A stretch of DNA of 61,630 nt, filler included. It is 6 parts of 6 records of this genome, joined end to end, with 100 filler letters (N's around TTAATTAATTAA, not from the genome) between each part and the next. Parts side by side here need not be neighbours in the genome. Positions count along the whole stretch, not along the records: positions 1 to 9,117 come from DRR723986_13753; positions 9,218 to 22,369 come from DRR723986_13755; 4 more parts are not named here. One strand, given 5' to 3'. Within the stretch, counting starts at the first letter, position 1. Each line of letters begins with the position of its first letter. The notes under the pieces are model-generated. The model saw only the letters and a program-made list of their open reading frames with translations. It ran no database searches and was not told the DNA's origin. Shown here one piece after another: positions 1-12,723 of the stretch. The position numbers and the translations under genes were made by a program.

Positions 1-1
1 T

Positions 2-835
2 GGCACCACGGGTTACGAAGAGGCGGCGGCTCAAGGTTTGTTGGCGGGTGTGAATGCCGCATTGATGGTGCAGGGCAGAGAGCAATGGACGCCCCGCCGT
101 GATGAAGCCTATCTGGGTGTGCTTGTGGATGATTTAACCAGCAAGGGTGTGGCAGAGCCTTACCGCATGTTCACGAGTCGCGCAGAGTACCGTTTAAGCC
201 TGCGCGAGGACAATGCGGATCAGCGCCTCACGCCAATCGGTCGCAAGCTCGGTTTGGTCGATGACATCCGCTGGAAGGCTTTTTCGGAAAAGCGGGAGGC
301 TGTGGAGCAGGAAAAGCAACGTTTGCGTTCCACGTGGATCAATCCGAAAATTGTCGCGCAGGCCGAAGCAGAGCGAGTGCTGCACAAAGGAATTGATCGC
401 GAGTACAACTTGTATGATCTGCTAAAACGCCCGGACGTCAGTTATCAAGATCTCAGCACTTTGAGCAAGGAGAATGGCGAAAGGGCCCTGAGCAATCCTT
501 TGCAACAGAATGATTTGGTTTCTCAGTTGGAAATCGAGGTGAAGTACGCGGGTTATGTGCTGCGCCAGCAGGCAGAAGTGGAGCGTGGTGCGGGCAACGA
601 ATCCATCCGCTTGCCTGAGGACTTCGATTATTCAGGTGTAAACGGATTGAGCAAAGAGGTGCAGCAAAAGCTGAATACCCACAAGCCTGAAACGATTGGT
701 CAGGCCGGTCGAATTCAAGGTATTACACCTGCAGCCATTTCCTTGTTGCTGGTTCATTTAAAGAAACGTGATTTGTTGAACAAGGCAAAGAGCGCGACTC
801 ATTCCAGTGACGATGCTCCGGAGCAAGTGGCTTGA
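2..835 (+). CDS. mnmG: tRNA uridine 5-carboxymethylaminomethyl modification enzyme MnmG (GidA), 5'-truncated
   Basis: Frame is open from base 2 ([13 protein letters not shown]); motifs [14 protein letters not shown] and [13 protein letters not shown]; sits upstream of rsmG-parAB. Confidence 0.97.
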   Translation, partial: GTTGYEEAAAQGLLAGVNAALMVQGREQWTPRRDEAYLGVLVDDLTSKGVAEPYRMFTSRAEYRLSLREDNADQRLTPIGRKLGLVDDIRWKAFSEKREAVEQEKQRLRSTWINPKIVAQAEAERVLHKGIDREYNLYDLLKRPDVSYQDLSTLSKENGERALSNPLQQNDLVSQLEIEVKYAGYVLRQQAEVERGAGNESIRLPEDFDYSGVNGLSKEVQQKLNTHKPETIGQAGRIQGITPAAISLLLVHLKKRDLLNKAKSATHSSDDAPEQVA

Positions 836-1509
836 GTTCAGTACACCGAAAACCAAAGTCTGAAACCCTCGAGTCTTCGGACCAATTGCTGCTGAACGAT
901 GGGATTGCACAACTTCGTTTGGGTTTGAGCGTCGATCAACATGCACAGCTGTTTAAATATGGTCAGCTGATCCAGAAATGGAACCGGGTTTATAACTTAA
1001 CCGCCATCCGTAACAATCGAGAGCTGGTCACACACCACTTGCTCGATTCGCTCGCTGTGCTGCCAGCAGTTTCAGTTGCGCTTCAATCAAACCGACAGCC
1101 CAGAATACTGGATGTGGGTGCGGGCGCAGGGCTGCCTGGTTTGGTGTTGGCAATTGCTCAGCCAAACTGGCAAGTGACATTGATCGATACCGTTCAGAAA
1201 AAAGCCGCATTCATGCAGCAGGCCATTGCCAGCTTGGGTTTGAAAAATGCGCATGCTGTACATGGTCGGGTCGAGGAGTACCAGCCCGGGGTGCCATTCG
1301 ACCTGATTTGTTCACGTGCATTTTCCAGCATCGACAATTTCATCGCTCTCAGTCAACACCTTTTGGCCGAGGAGGGGCAATTTGCGGCCCTCAAAGGCAA
1401 GGTGGAAGTGGACAGTGATGTTCCGGAGAATTGGCGAATTGATGCGCTTCATCCAATTGAAGTGCCATTCTTGGACGAAGCAAGGCACTTGTTCATGATT
1501 AAACGCTAA
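832..1509 (+). CDS. rsmG: 16S rRNA m7G527 methyltransferase RsmG (GidB)
   Basis: [21 protein letters not shown] motif [19 protein letters not shown] start overlaps the mnmG stop; exact start uncertain. Confidence 0.95.
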   Translation: MSSVHRKPKSETLESSDQLLLNDGIAQLRLGLSVDQHAQLFKYGQLIQKWNRVYNLTAIRNNRELVTHHLLDSLAVLPAVSVALQSNRQPRILDVGAGAGLPGLVLAIAQPNWQVTLIDTVQKKAAFMQQAIASLGLKNAHAVHGRVEEYQPGVPFDLICSRAFSSIDNFIALSQHLLAEEGQFAALKGKVEVDSDVPENWRIDALHPIEVPFLDEARHLFMIKR

Positions 1510-1539
1510 AATCAAAGCATTCATTCACAGGACAAGAAG

Positions 1540-2316
1540 ATGGCGAAAGTTTTCTGCATAGCCAACCAGAAAGGTGGCGTGGGAAAAACCACCACGGCGG
1601 TGAATCTGGCTGCGGGTTTGGCCATGGCCAAACAGCGGGTGTTGCTGGTGGATCTGGATCCCCAGGGCAATGCCACGATGGGTTGCGGCATTGACAAACG
1701 CAGTGTAAAGCACACGGTCTATCAGGTGTTGGTAGGCATGGTGGGTGTGGCCGAGGCCACAGTTCGCGCAGAAGGCGAATTTGATGTGTTGGCGGCAAAC
1801 CGCGAATTGGCCGGTGCAGAAGTCGAAATGGTCGAGTTTGAAAACCGTGAAATCAAGTTGCGGGAAGCCATTCTGGAAGTGGATGATCAGTATGATTTCA
1901 TTCTGATCGATTGCCCACCAGCTTTGTCGTTGCTGACTTTGAACGCCCTGTGCTGTGCCAACGGCGTAGTCATTCCGATGCAATGTGAATACTATGCGCT
2001 GGAAGGTCTGAGTGATTTGGTCAATACCATCAAGCAAGTTTGTAAGAACCTGAATCCCAATCTCACGATCATCGGTTTGCTTCGCGTGATGTACGATCCC
2101 CGGATGACATTGGCGCAGCAGGTTTCGGCCCAGCTAGAAAAGCATTTTGGTAACAAAGTGTTTAAAACAATCATTCCTCGCAATGTGCGTTTGGCCGAAG
2201 CGCCCAGCTACGGGGTTCCCGGTGTGTTGTTCGACAAAACCAGCAAAGGTGCAAAGGCTTATCTGGACTTTGCCAATGAAATGGTCGATCGCTTGGGCTT
2301 GCCGATTGCCGCCTGA
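1540..2316 (+). CDS. parA: Chromosome partitioning ATPase ParA/Soj
   Basis: Deviant Walker A NQKGGVGKTTT; DLDPQGN, DCPP, IPRNVRLAEAPS. Confidence 0.97.
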   Translation: MAKVFCIANQKGGVGKTTTAVNLAAGLAMAKQRVLLVDLDPQGNATMGCGIDKRSVKHTVYQVLVGMVGVAEATVRAEGEFDVLAANRELAGAEVEMVEFENREIKLREAILEVDDQYDFILIDCPPALSLLTLNALCCANGVVIPMQCEYYALEGLSDLVNTIKQVCKNLNPNLTIIGLLRVMYDPRMTLAQQVSAQLEKHFGNKVFKTIIPRNVRLAEAPSYGVPGVLFDKTSKGAKAYLDFANEMVDRLGLPIAA

Positions 2317-2349
2317 GCCGCGGCATAACTATATTCAGCAGAAGAACAT

Positions 2350-3231
2350 ATGAACGCAATTAAACGTAGCAAAGGCCTGGGCCGCGGCTTGGAGGCCCTA
2401 TTGGGCCCTTCAGGTGACGATGCCAACAAGGACATGGGTGAACAAGTCATGACCTTGGCTTTGGGAAAGCTGCAGGCGGGCAAGTATCAACCTCGCTCCC
2501 GAATGGATGAATCCTCGCTCATGGAGTTGGCGGAGTCCATTAAAAGTCAGGGCATCATGCAACCCATTCTGGTTCGTCCGATTGGCTCTGGAAAATACGA
2601 AATTATCGCAGGTGAGCGCCGATTCCGCGCCTCCAAATTGGCAGGACTAGAGGAAGTGCCCGTTCTGGTCCGTGCAGTACCCGACGAATCCGCCTTGGCC
2701 ATGGCTCTGATCGAAAACATTCAACGTGAAGACCTCAATCCGTTGGAAGAAGCTTTGGGTGTGCAGCGGCTCATTCGTGAATTCAGTTTGACCCATGAAG
2801 ATGCTGCCCGTGCGATCGGTCGATCCCGCAGTGCAACAAGCAACATGTTGCGGCTGCTCAACCTGGCTGAGCCGGTTCAAACCATGTTGCTGGCTGGCGA
2901 CATTGAGATGGGCCATGCCCGTGCTTTGTTGGCGCTGACCACAGCCGAGCAAATTGCCTGCGCTAACGAAGTAGTTAACAAGCGTTTGTCGGTTCGGGAA
3001 ACGGAAAAGTTGGTCAATGACTGGGCCAGTGATGGTGATCGCCAAGCCAGCAAGCCCAGGCAAACAGCGGATGTACGTCGTCTCGAGGAAGGTTTGGCCG
3101 ACTGGTTGGCCAGCGCTGTGCAGTTAAAAGCCAATGCAAATGGCAAGGGCAGTGTTACTATTAAATTCAATAATTTGGATGAGCTGGACGGTGTGCTGGA
3201 GCGCATCGGCTTTCCCAAAGAAGAGCTTTAA
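2350..3231 (+). CDS. parB: Chromosome partitioning protein ParB/Spo0J
   Basis: GLGRGLEALL, YQPR, IIAGERRFRA, ENIQREDLNPLEEA, HTH region. Confidence 0.97.
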   Translation: MNAIKRSKGLGRGLEALLGPSGDDANKDMGEQVMTLALGKLQAGKYQPRSRMDESSLMELAESIKSQGIMQPILVRPIGSGKYEIIAGERRFRASKLAGLEEVPVLVRAVPDESALAMALIENIQREDLNPLEEALGVQRLIREFSLTHEDAARAIGRSRSATSNMLRLLNLAEPVQTMLLAGDIEMGHARALLALTTAEQIACANEVVNKRLSVRETEKLVNDWASDGDRQASKPRQTADVRRLEEGLADWLASAVQLKANANGKGSVTIKFNNLDELDGVLERIGFPKEEL

Positions 3232-3271
3232 CTTTTGCACCAAATCGGTGTGAAAAATAAGCCGTTTTCGT

Positions 3272-3301
3272 TTGACGAGGGGGCGTACAAACCCCTATAA
3301 T
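3272..3301 (+). promoter_or_regulatory. Sigma70-type promoter of the atp operon
   Basis: TTGACG (3272-3277), 18-nt spacer, TATAAT (3296-3301), about 80 nt upstream of atpI. Confidence 0.7.
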
Positions 3302-3379
3302 CTGGCGGTTTGTCAAAAACACGTGAGCCCTGCGGAAAACACGTATCCGATCAAGGTCAAATGTGGCAGCGCAGCAAAT

Positions 3380-3712
3380 ATGTGGAAAATAGTTGGACTC
3401 CAATGGGTCGTCGGGGTGGCAGTTTGCCTCCTCATGTTGTTGGTGTCCCCAAATCACGCGCAGTCTGCCGCATGGGGTTTCGTCGCCGTCGCGTTGCCGA
3501 GCACATTGTTCGCCGCACGCCTGGCCTTGGGTAGCAAAACGCCCATTGGTGGAACTTTCGTGTTTTTGACCGGAGAATTCCTGAAGGTTGGCGCAACAAT
3601 CGCAATCATGTTTGTAGCGAGTCAAGTTGATCCGAACATTGTTTGGTGGTCCTTGATCCTCACAGCGGTCGTCACCCTCAAAAGCTATTTTTTGGCATTT
3701 TTCTTGAGATAA
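3380..3712 (+). CDS. atpI: ATP synthase subunit I (AtpI)
   Basis: Small hydrophobic protein (MWKIVGLQ...GEFLKV) directly before atpB. ATG 3380 is preferred because the longer ORF start overlaps the promoter. Confidence 0.8.
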   Translation: MWKIVGLQWVVGVAVCLLMLLVSPNHAQSAAWGFVAVALPSTLFAARLALGSKTPIGGTFVFLTGEFLKVGATIAIMFVASQVDPNIVWWSLILTAVVTLKSYFLAFFLR

Positions 3713-3714
3713 GT

Positions 3715-4575
3715 ATGGCATCTTCACCGAATGGGCTTACCCCCTCAGAGTACATCGTCCATCACTTGCAGCATTTCGCTACCGATAAGCAAAAATTTAT
3801 CGTCGATTTCTCAGTGATCAATCTTGACACGATGTTTTTCTCCATCCTGTCTGGTCTTGTAGTGATCTTCATGCTGCGTAAGGCAGCCTCCAAAGCCACC
3901 TCTGGCGTACCCGGTCGTTTTCAGGGCTTCGTCGAAATGATGGTGGAAATGGTTGAAAACCAATCCAAAGCTATTGTTCATGGTGATCGCAGTTTCATTG
4001 CCCCCTTGGCTTTGACTGTGTTTCTGTGGATTGTGGTCATGAATGCCTTCGACTTGGTGCCTGTTGACCTGATTCCCATGGCCTGGGGCCACCTGTTGTA
4101 CAACCTGGGCTTTGCAGCAAGCCCAGGCGATCCCTACATGCGTGTGGTAGCCACTGCCGACTTGAACGGCGCCTTGGGCATGTCTCTCGGTGTGCTGGTA
4201 CTCATGCTGTACTACTCCGTCAAAATCAAGGGTGCCGGTGGTTTTGTCCATGAATTGTTCTGCGCACCCTTCGGTGCCAATCCATTGCTGTGGATCCCCA
4301 ACTTTGTATTGAACCTCATTGAGTTTGCCGCGAAAACCGTGTCCTTGGGCATGCGATTGTTCGGCAACATGTATGCAGGCGAATTGGTGTTCATGCTGAT
4401 CGCTTTGCTGGGTGGCGCTGCTGCGTTGTCCTTGGGTGGTGCGTTTGCCTTCTTGGGCCACGTGTTGGCCGGAACAATTTGGGCGATTTTCCACATTCTG
4501 ATCGTGTTGCTCCAGGGCTTCATTTTCATGATGTTGACCTTGATCTACATTGGCCAGGCACATCAGGGCCACTGA
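3715..4575 (+). CDS. atpB: F0F1 ATP synthase subunit a
   Basis: [43 protein letters not shown] at 3715. Confidence 0.97.
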   Translation: MASSPNGLTPSEYIVHHLQHFATDKQKFIVDFSVINLDTMFFSILSGLVVIFMLRKAASKATSGVPGRFQGFVEMMVEMVENQSKAIVHGDRSFIAPLALTVFLWIVVMNAFDLVPVDLIPMAWGHLLYNLGFAASPGDPYMRVVATADLNGALGMSLGVLVLMLYYSVKIKGAGGFVHELFCAPFGANPLLWIPNFVLNLIEFAAKTVSLGMRLFGNMYAGELVFMLIALLGGAAALSLGGAFAFLGHVLAGTIWAIFHILIVLLQGFIFMMLTLIYIGQAHQGH

Positions 4576-4622
4576 TCGATTTTTAGTTTTTGGTTTTTTT
4601 AATTTTTCATTTTTCAATTTAA

Positions 4623-4874
<252 letters not shown>

Positions 4875-4949
4875 TTTACAGCCACTTCCTTCGAACAACA
4901 CCGCACGAATGTTTTAAGTCCAATTCGTGCGTTTTAGAGGAAACATGCC

Positions 4950-5420
4950 GTGAACTTAAACGCAACGCTGTTTGCTCAGCTCGTCGTTTTCTTCATCTTG
5001 GCGGTCTTCACAATGAAATATGTGTGGCCTCCACTGATCAAGAGCATCGATGAGCGTGCAAAGAAAATCGCAGACGGCTTGGCCGCTGCAGAACGTGGTA
5101 AGCAGGCTTTGGCAGAAGCCGGTCGCAAAGCTGAACAGGAACTGGCTGCTAGCCGTTCTGAAAATCAGCAGCGCCTGGCCGAAGCAGAAAAGCGTGCCCA
5201 GCAGATTATCGAAGAGGCAAAACAACAAGCCGAAGTTGAACGCAAGCGAATTCTTGCGCAGGCTGAAGCGGAAGCTGCGAACGAAGCACAACGTGCCCGT
5301 GACCAGTTGCGCGATCAGTTGGCAACTCTCGTGGTGAAAGGCGCTGAACAAATCCTGAAAAAGGAAGTGAACGCCCAGGCCCACGCAGACTTGCTGAATC
5401 AACTGAAAGCGGAACTGTAA
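4950..5420 (+). CDS. atpF: F0F1 ATP synthase subunit b
   Basis: [34 protein letters not shown] start. Confidence 0.97.
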   Translation: MNLNATLFAQLVVFFILAVFTMKYVWPPLIKSIDERAKKIADGLAAAERGKQALAEAGRKAEQELAASRSENQQRLAEAEKRAQQIIEEAKQQAEVERKRILAQAEAEAANEAQRARDQLRDQLATLVVKGAEQILKKEVNAQAHADLLNQLKAEL

Positions 5421-5444
5421 GCCTAAAGCTTAAGGAAACACAAA

Positions 5445-5978
5445 ATGGTCGAACTATCCACCATCGCCCGTCCTTACGCTGAGGCAGCGTTTGATGTTGC
5501 TAAAACCTCAAACCTGAACCAGTGGAGTGATTGGCTACAGTCGTGGTCGGCAGTCGCAAGCAACGCAGACATCAAATTGCTGGTCAGCAACCCAAAGTTG
5601 ACTGACGAGCAAGTGCTGAGCGTGTTTGTTGAACTGACCAAGACACCGGCGGAAGCGCAAGCAACGAATTTTTTGAGTGCGCTTGTGGAAAATGGCCGTT
5701 TGCTGGCCTTGCCAGAAATCGCTCGACAGTTCGAAGAATTGAAGAACAGTCATGAAGGTTCTGCAGACGCGATCATCGCTTCGGCATTCCCCATGACTGA
5801 CGCTGAAGTTCAAAACGTACGTGGTGCATTGGAAAAGAAATTTGGCTCCAAACTGAACGTGACTGTTCAGGTGGATGAATCGCTGATTGGTGGCGTTTGC
5901 GTCACCGTGGGCGATCAAATTTTGGATAGTTCGGTGCGCGGCAAACTTAACGCGATGAAGGCGGCTTTAACAGCCTAA
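5445..5978 (+). CDS. atpH: F0F1 ATP synthase subunit delta
   Basis: [15 protein letters not shown]...[14 protein letters not shown]. Confidence 0.97.
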   Translation: MVELSTIARPYAEAAFDVAKTSNLNQWSDWLQSWSAVASNADIKLLVSNPKLTDEQVLSVFVELTKTPAEAQATNFLSALVENGRLLALPEIARQFEELKNSHEGSADAIIASAFPMTDAEVQNVRGALEKKFGSKLNVTVQVDESLIGGVCVTVGDQILDSSVRGKLNAMKAALTA

Positions 5979-6010
5979 CTTGGCCCTCAAACGTAATTGG
6001 AGCAATCAAT

Positions 6011-7552
6011 ATGCAGATTAATCCCTCTGAGATCAGTGAACTGATCAAGAGCCGGATCGAAGGCCTCGGATCATCGGCCGACATCCGGACACAAGGTACT
6101 GTAGTGTCCGTGAGCGACGGTATTTGCCGCGTTCATGGTTTGTCAGATGTTATGCAAGGTGAAATGCTGGAATTCCCAGGCAACACCTTTGGTTTGGCGC
6201 TCAACCTGGAACGTGATTCCGTGGGTGTCGTTATTTTGGGTTCTTACGAGCACATTTCTGAAGGTGACATGGTCAAGTGTACCGGTCGTATTCTGGAAGT
6301 GCCTGTTGGTCCCGAGCTGCGCGGTCGCGTGGTGAATGCATTGGGCGTGCCCATCGATGGCAAGGGCCCAGTCAACGCAAAGCTGACCGACGTGATCGAA
6401 AAAGTGGCGCCTGGCGTGATTGACCGTAAGTCAGTTGACCAGCCACTGCAAACCGGCGTGAAGGCGATTGATGCCATGGTTCCCGTTGGCCGCGGCCAGC
6501 GTGAATTGATCATTGGTGACCGTCAAACTGGTAAAACCGCTGTTGCGATCGACGCGATCATTAACCAGAAAGGCACTGGCGTTACCTGCGTGTACGTGGC
6601 TGTAGGTCAGAAGGCTTCTTCCATCGTCAACGTGTTGCGCAAGCTGGAAGAACACGGCGCAATGGAATACACCATTGTTGTGGTGGCTTCTGCATCAGAA
6701 TCAGCAGCCATGCAGTACCTGGCTCCTTACTCTGGTTGCACCATGGGCGAGTACTTCCGCGATCGCGGTGAAGATGCCCTGATTGTGTACGATGACCTGT
6801 CCAAGCAAGCTGTGGCTTACCGTCAAATTTCCCTGTTGCTGCGTCGCCCACCTGGCCGCGAAGCTTACCCAGGTGACGTGTTCTACCTGCACAGCCGTTT
6901 GCTCGAGCGCGCATCACGCGTGAATGCGGAATATGTTGAGCGTTTCACCAAAGGTGAAGTCAAAGGCAAAACCGGTTCTCTGACCGCTTTGCCAGTGATT
7001 GAAACTCAAGCCGGTGACGTAACAGCATTCGTTCCCACCAACGTAATTTCGATTACTGACGGTCAAATCTTCTTGGAAACAGACTTGTTCAACGCCGGTA
7101 TTCGTCCAGCGATTAACGCGGGTATTTCCGTGTCTCGCGTGGGTGGTGCAGCGCAGACCAAGGTGGTCAAGAAGCTGTCGGGCGGTATTCGTACCGACTT
7201 GGCCCAGTACCGTGAATTGGCTGCGTTTGCGCAGTTCGCTTCAGACTTGGACGAAGCGACCCGCCGCCAGCTGGAACGTGGTCGCCGTGTGGTTGAATTG
7301 TTGAAGCAGCCCCAGTATGCCCCATTGAAAACATGGGAAATGGCACTGGCCCTGTTCGCAATCAACAATGGTTATTTGGATGATGTCGAGGTATCGAACG
7401 TTCTTCCTTTCGAGGTTTCTCTGCGTCAATACATGCAGACAAGCCACAAGGACTTGATCGATCGTATCGAGCAGACTTACGAGTTGTCGAAAGATGATGA
7501 GCCAAAGCTGCACGAGGCCGTGAAATCATTCAAGAAAACTGGCGCGTATTAA
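6011..7552 (+). CDS. atpA: F0F1 ATP synthase subunit alpha
   Basis: [31 protein letters not shown]. Confidence 0.99.
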   Translation: MQINPSEISELIKSRIEGLGSSADIRTQGTVVSVSDGICRVHGLSDVMQGEMLEFPGNTFGLALNLERDSVGVVILGSYEHISEGDMVKCTGRILEVPVGPELRGRVVNALGVPIDGKGPVNAKLTDVIEKVAPGVIDRKSVDQPLQTGVKAIDAMVPVGRGQRELIIGDRQTGKTAVAIDAIINQKGTGVTCVYVAVGQKASSIVNVLRKLEEHGAMEYTIVVVASASESAAMQYLAPYSGCTMGEYFRDRGEDALIVYDDLSKQAVAYRQISLLLRRPPGREAYPGDVFYLHSRLLERASRVNAEYVERFTKGEVKGKTGSLTALPVIETQAGDVTAFVPTNVISITDGQIFLETDLFNAGIRPAINAGISVSRVGGAAQTKVVKKLSGGIRTDLAQYRELAAFAQFASDLDEATRRQLERGRRVVELLKQPQYAPLKTWEMALALFAINNGYLDDVEVSNVLPFEVSLRQYMQTSHKDLIDRIEQTYELSKDDEPKLHEAVKSFKKTGAY

Positions 7553-7625
7553 TCAGAGCGATCTGATTGTACCCACCGCATAACTCGGAAGGTCTAGTGC
7601 CTTCCCAGTCATTGGAGGAAATACG

Positions 7626-8495
7626 ATGTCAGGAATGAAGGAAATCCGGACCAAGATCAAGAGCGTGCAAAACACGCGAAAGATCACGAAGGCGATGGAA
7701 ATGGTGGCTGCGTCCAAAATGCGCAAAGCCCAGGACCGTATGCGTTCGGCTCGTCCCTATGCGGACAAAGTTCGGAACATTTGCGCCAACCTGGCCAAGG
7801 CAAACCCTGAATACCGCCATGAATACATGGTGGCGCGCGACGAGATCAAAAACGTGGCTGCGATTGTTGTGACAACGGACAAAGGTCTGTGTGGTGGTTT
7901 GAACACCAACATTCTGCGTCTGGTGACCAGCAAGTTTCAGGAGTTTGGTGCCAAGGGCGCAAAGGTACGAGCAACCGCAATCGGTACAAAGGGCGCTGGC
8001 TTCTTTAACCGTATTGGTGTTGATGTGACTTCCAAAGTGACGGGTCTTGGTGACAAGCCCCATCTGGAGGCACTCATCGGCGCGATCAAGGTTCAACTTG
8101 ACGCGTATGTTGCGGGCGAAGTGGATGCTGTTTATTTGGCATACACCCGCTTTGTCAACACCATGAAGCAAGAAGCCGTGTTCGAGCAATTGCTGCCCTT
8201 GGGTGGCGACAGGCTGCAAGCCGATGAGGGTTCCACATCGTGGGACTACATCTATGAGCCGGATGCGAAGGCCGTGATTGACGATTTGTTGCTGCGCTAC
8301 ATCGAAGCATTGGTGTATCAGGCAGTGGCAGAGAACATGGCTTCAGAGCAATCAGCACGTATGGTTGCGATGAAGGCAGCGTCAGACAACGCCAAGAATG
8401 TGATCAGTGAACTACAACTTACCTACAACAAAGCCCGTCAGGCTGCCATTACCAAAGAATTGGCAGAGATCGTCGGCGGCGCAGCGGCTGTGTAA
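7626..8495 (+). CDS. atpG: F0F1 ATP synthase subunit gamma
   Basis: [38 protein letters not shown]. Confidence 0.98.
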   Translation: MSGMKEIRTKIKSVQNTRKITKAMEMVAASKMRKAQDRMRSARPYADKVRNICANLAKANPEYRHEYMVARDEIKNVAAIVVTTDKGLCGGLNTNILRLVTSKFQEFGAKGAKVRATAIGTKGAGFFNRIGVDVTSKVTGLGDKPHLEALIGAIKVQLDAYVAGEVDAVYLAYTRFVNTMKQEAVFEQLLPLGGDRLQADEGSTSWDYIYEPDAKAVIDDLLLRYIEALVYQAVAENMASEQSARMVAMKAASDNAKNVISELQLTYNKARQAAITKELAEIVGGAAAV

Positions 8496-8518
8496 GCGGA
8501 TGTTCGGAACGATTTTGA

Positions 8519-9117
<599 letters not shown>

Positions 9118-9217
9118 NNNNNNNNNNNNNNNNNNNNNNNNNNNNNNNNNNNNNNNNNNNNTTAATTAATTAANNNNNNNNNNNNNNNNNNNNNNNNNNN
9201 NNNNNNNNNNNNNNNNN
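9118..9217. other. Artificial contig spacer
   Basis: 44 N + TTAATTAATTAA + 44 N; the same spacer occurs five times. Confidence 0.98.
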
Positions 9218-11497
9218 TGACGACGTCGCACTTAACACCAGGTTCGTGAATGGCGTGTCGATATCACTTAGCTGCACAGACGTCTGTGTTGAATTATCTT
9301 CATCGCTGAAAACGTTTGGCGTGCTTGTCGCAATCACCGGTGGATCATTCACCGGATTAACCGTAAGCACAATTGTTGTTGAACTAGTTAAACTACCGTC
9401 ACTAACTTCAAAGGTCAATGGCACAGAACCACTCGCATTCGTCACCGGCGTTACCAGAAAACTTGTTGTAGCGCCGGTTGCTCCCTGTTGACTGATAGAT
9501 GCAATTGTTGACAAATCCGCGGCGGGCGGACGAACGACCAAATCACCGACATCCGTGCCGTCGGCCGTCAACTGAAAACTGAGTGTCGTTGAGTTGTCTT
9601 CATCGGTCTGCGGTGCTGCAACGACCGCATCTATTGTCGGCAGGTCTTTTACCAGAATAGTGCTGCTCGTGGAACCAGTTTCGCTGAATACCGTCAGCGT
9701 CAGATTTCCACCGGTGGCAAAGGCGCCCGCCGGCGCTTGTGCATTCAAACGAATCAGTGACTGTGTACTGTAGGTCAACTCTATATTGCCAACGGTAACG
9801 CCCGCACCGTTTAACTGCGACAGCTGCACGGAGGTAACATTTTCAAATTCAGCCCCGCTGATGCCAATAGTCGTGGCCGAAAGATTTGCCGAAGTAACCG
9901 ATGGCTCCAGAGCTGTAATCTGCGGTGCGGACGCACGATTATATAGAATATCCATCGGCTGACCGCTGCGATTGGTAATCAGAATGTCCAGATCACCGTC
10001 GTTGTCTAAGTCGCCAAGGCCCACGCCGGTTGAGTTGCGCGCGCCGGTAGTACTGGCCGTAAACGTGGCGTCGCCATTATTTAACAGAATCTCATGTGGT
10101 TCACCTGAATAATTTGCTGCAACGATATCCAGGTCGCCGTCGCCGTCAAGATCACCGCAGGTGATGTCGTTTGTATTGTACGTGCTCCCACCGATCTGAC
10201 TGGTAGTGAAGGTGGCATCGCCATTATTGGTCCAAAGAATGTGCTGATCATTGTTTTTTGCGATAACCGCGTCAAGGTCGCCATCACCATCCAAATCGCC
10301 AAGAGTCAGTGCAGTTGAACCACTATCATCGAATGTCGAACTTGCAAAAGTTCCGTCGCCATTGTTTATTAAAATATCGCTGGGGTTGCGACTGCTGGGA
10401 ACGATTACGTCAAGATCACCATCACCGTCTAAATCGCCTATCTCCGGTCGATGTGCATAAGCAGTACCATTGAGGTTTGTACTCGTAAATGTCCCGTTAC
10501 CATTGTTAAGCCATCGAAACAAACCAGCCGTACTTCCGATAATCGCATCCAGATCGCCGTCACCATCCAGATCGCCAAGGGCAACTCCCAGATGATTACG
10601 GTTAAGTCCAAATTTTTGTCGTGTAAAACTACCGTCGCCATTGTTCAACAGTATATCACAGAGCTTGCCGTCGGAGGTAGAACCGAGGGCATCCAGATCA
10701 CCGTCACCGTCCAAGTCTCCTAGTACAACCTCCGTGGTAAAGTTTCCACCGAAATTACTTGTTGAAAAGGTACCATCACCATTATTGAGTGCGATGCGAT
10801 ATGGGTTGTCGTTTAAGTTGGCAACGATAACGTCAAGAAGTCCGTCACCATTTAGGTCACCAATCGCAGGTGACGTGCCGCGTGCCCCCATATTCAACTG
10901 GTCAGCATTAAACGTTCCGCTGCCGCGCTGAGCCTCTACCATAAAGTCAAAAACCAGCGGATCATCCAGCGCCGTCCCGCCGGCACTCTCAGCATCGTCT
11001 TTAACGGTCACCCAAATGCGCTCGCCCGGTTTAAACGCGGCTGCCGGTGTAAAAATGCGTGCGGGGTTGCCCGTAAACTGTCCCGTAGTGCTAAGCAAAC
11101 CCGTCTGTGATCCAAAAATCCGAATGTTCGACGCCGAAATCGTCGTCAGGTTCATCGACGTGCTGAAGGTAACATTGATGTTGCTCGAAGTCGCCACGTC
11201 AAACGCATTGGCCACAGGCGAAACACTTGCAATCGTTGGTGTCTGTGCCAGCAGCGGTAGCCCGGAATCAACGCTGCCCAGCACCAGTACCGCAGCAGCT
11301 CCATGCAGAAGCCCCAGGGCCCGCATCCTTCCCAGGATCGTTTGTATCCGTTTTTGCAGTTGCAAACGTTTGCGCTGATTGCGCCCCGAATCGCCTTCAG
11401 ACGCAATTTTTTCCAAACGCCGATAGCTTTTGATTAGCCGGCGACGCAGTTCCAGCAATGTATTTTTCAGAGAATTATTCACGGAAAGAAACTCCAC
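9218..11497 (-). CDS. Large secreted FG-GAP/VCBS-repeat protein with Ig-like and cadherin/tandem-95-like domains, 3'-truncated
   Basis: Seven GDL(D/N)GDGDLD-type Ca-binding repeats; N-terminal Ig-like domain (PTIASVSP...); TDEDNSTT...VSDG...VNPVNDPP repeats; runs off the contig. Confidence 0.85.
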
Positions 11498-11928
11498 TCT
11501 GGCCAGACTGAACTCCTCAACACCACCGCAGAGCCATCAATGTTTGCGGTGACCGAAGTCCGGAATTCCACTATATCTAGATTCTAGAATACGACTTTGA
11601 CTATTAGCTGCAGAAACAGGAACCGCAGCCTTACGAATTTCGCCATAATTCACTGTCACACCCCTACTGCAAAACGACGCAGATTTCACCTCGGCCTCAG
11701 TCAATACAACTGTCCACTATTCAGCACGCGCATTCCCTAATAGAGATGCTGCAGGCAGAACAGTAAGTACATCGCACTCACCCAGTACTCATGACGTCTG
11801 ATACGCTTCCGGACTCACCGTTTGCCAGACTTTTTCACTCAGCAGGCCCAAAACTCGCTGCCGGCAAATGCACGCACAGAAATATCAGCACTCGACTTAA
11901 CATTTTAACACCCCCTAAACACAGAAGA

Positions 11929-11983
11929 TTGCAGCGCCCCTACCACTCCGTTTTGTGGCTTGCTTTTAGAGCTTCTTGTTAGT
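11929..11983 (+). repeat. 55-bp intergenic repeat, copy A
   Basis: TTGCAGCGCCCCTACCACTCCGTTTTGTGGCTTGCTTTTAGAGCTTCTTGTTAGT; 49/55 identical to 16218-16272. Confidence 0.85.
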
Positions 11984-12723
11984 AGTCGAATTGGCATTCG
12001 ACGGCAACTGAATGAAATACGACTGTGGAATCAGTGCAAAACATAAAAGAAAACAAGCCAGGAGAGAATCGCAGGACGAAGTGAGGTATTACCGGCCTGT
12101 GATCGTGTTTGCCCCTTACTATAAATCCCCCTTTGAATCCAGCCTGCGCACAGCTTAAGGGAATCACCTAGAACATTGTCAGGAATTCTCTTAGTATCAA
12201 CTAGGGGTTTTTCTGATAAACAATTGCGGATTTCTCTGATTGCCTTGGCGCGTTTATTGTTGTAACTTGCGCACCGAACATCAACCGAGTCTTCCACTGA
12301 CTCCCTACTGTTAACGCGAATTCAATTCGCCTGCGAACCTTCTTGGGTTCCACCATAACTCTACCATAACCGGCAAACCGATGTTCAACGCCGCCGGTAC
12401 GCTTAACACTATTTGACCGAATGTTTAACGCCACTGTGGCAGCGAATTCGCCATTTGCGCACCTGCGTTAAACGCACGAACATACATCTGGGCCAGCACT
12501 CTGCCGGCAGGCCCCTGTTCACCGCTAGACAACACAGACGCGCCAAGCCGATTACTGACCGGCAGGCGAATCCTGTGAAATTATTCACCGAGCCCAAATC
12601 GACTGAACGCTCTATACGCGCATCAGCACTGCTCTTATCCGCAAACTTGCCCCGAATGTTAAACGGCCTGTTTGCGGTAAGACAACTATACATTTCACTT
12701 AACATTTTTTTGGAGGTACGATC

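Noticed and set aside
9118-9217. TTAATTAATTAA palindrome repeated five times
   Set aside because: It is an artificial all-frame-stop linker embedded in N runs, not biology.
9960-10870. Regularly spaced DNA repeats resembling an array
   Set aside because: They are the coding FG-GAP repeats. No CRISPR-like constant repeat with unique spacers, and no cas genes, were seen anywhere in the window.
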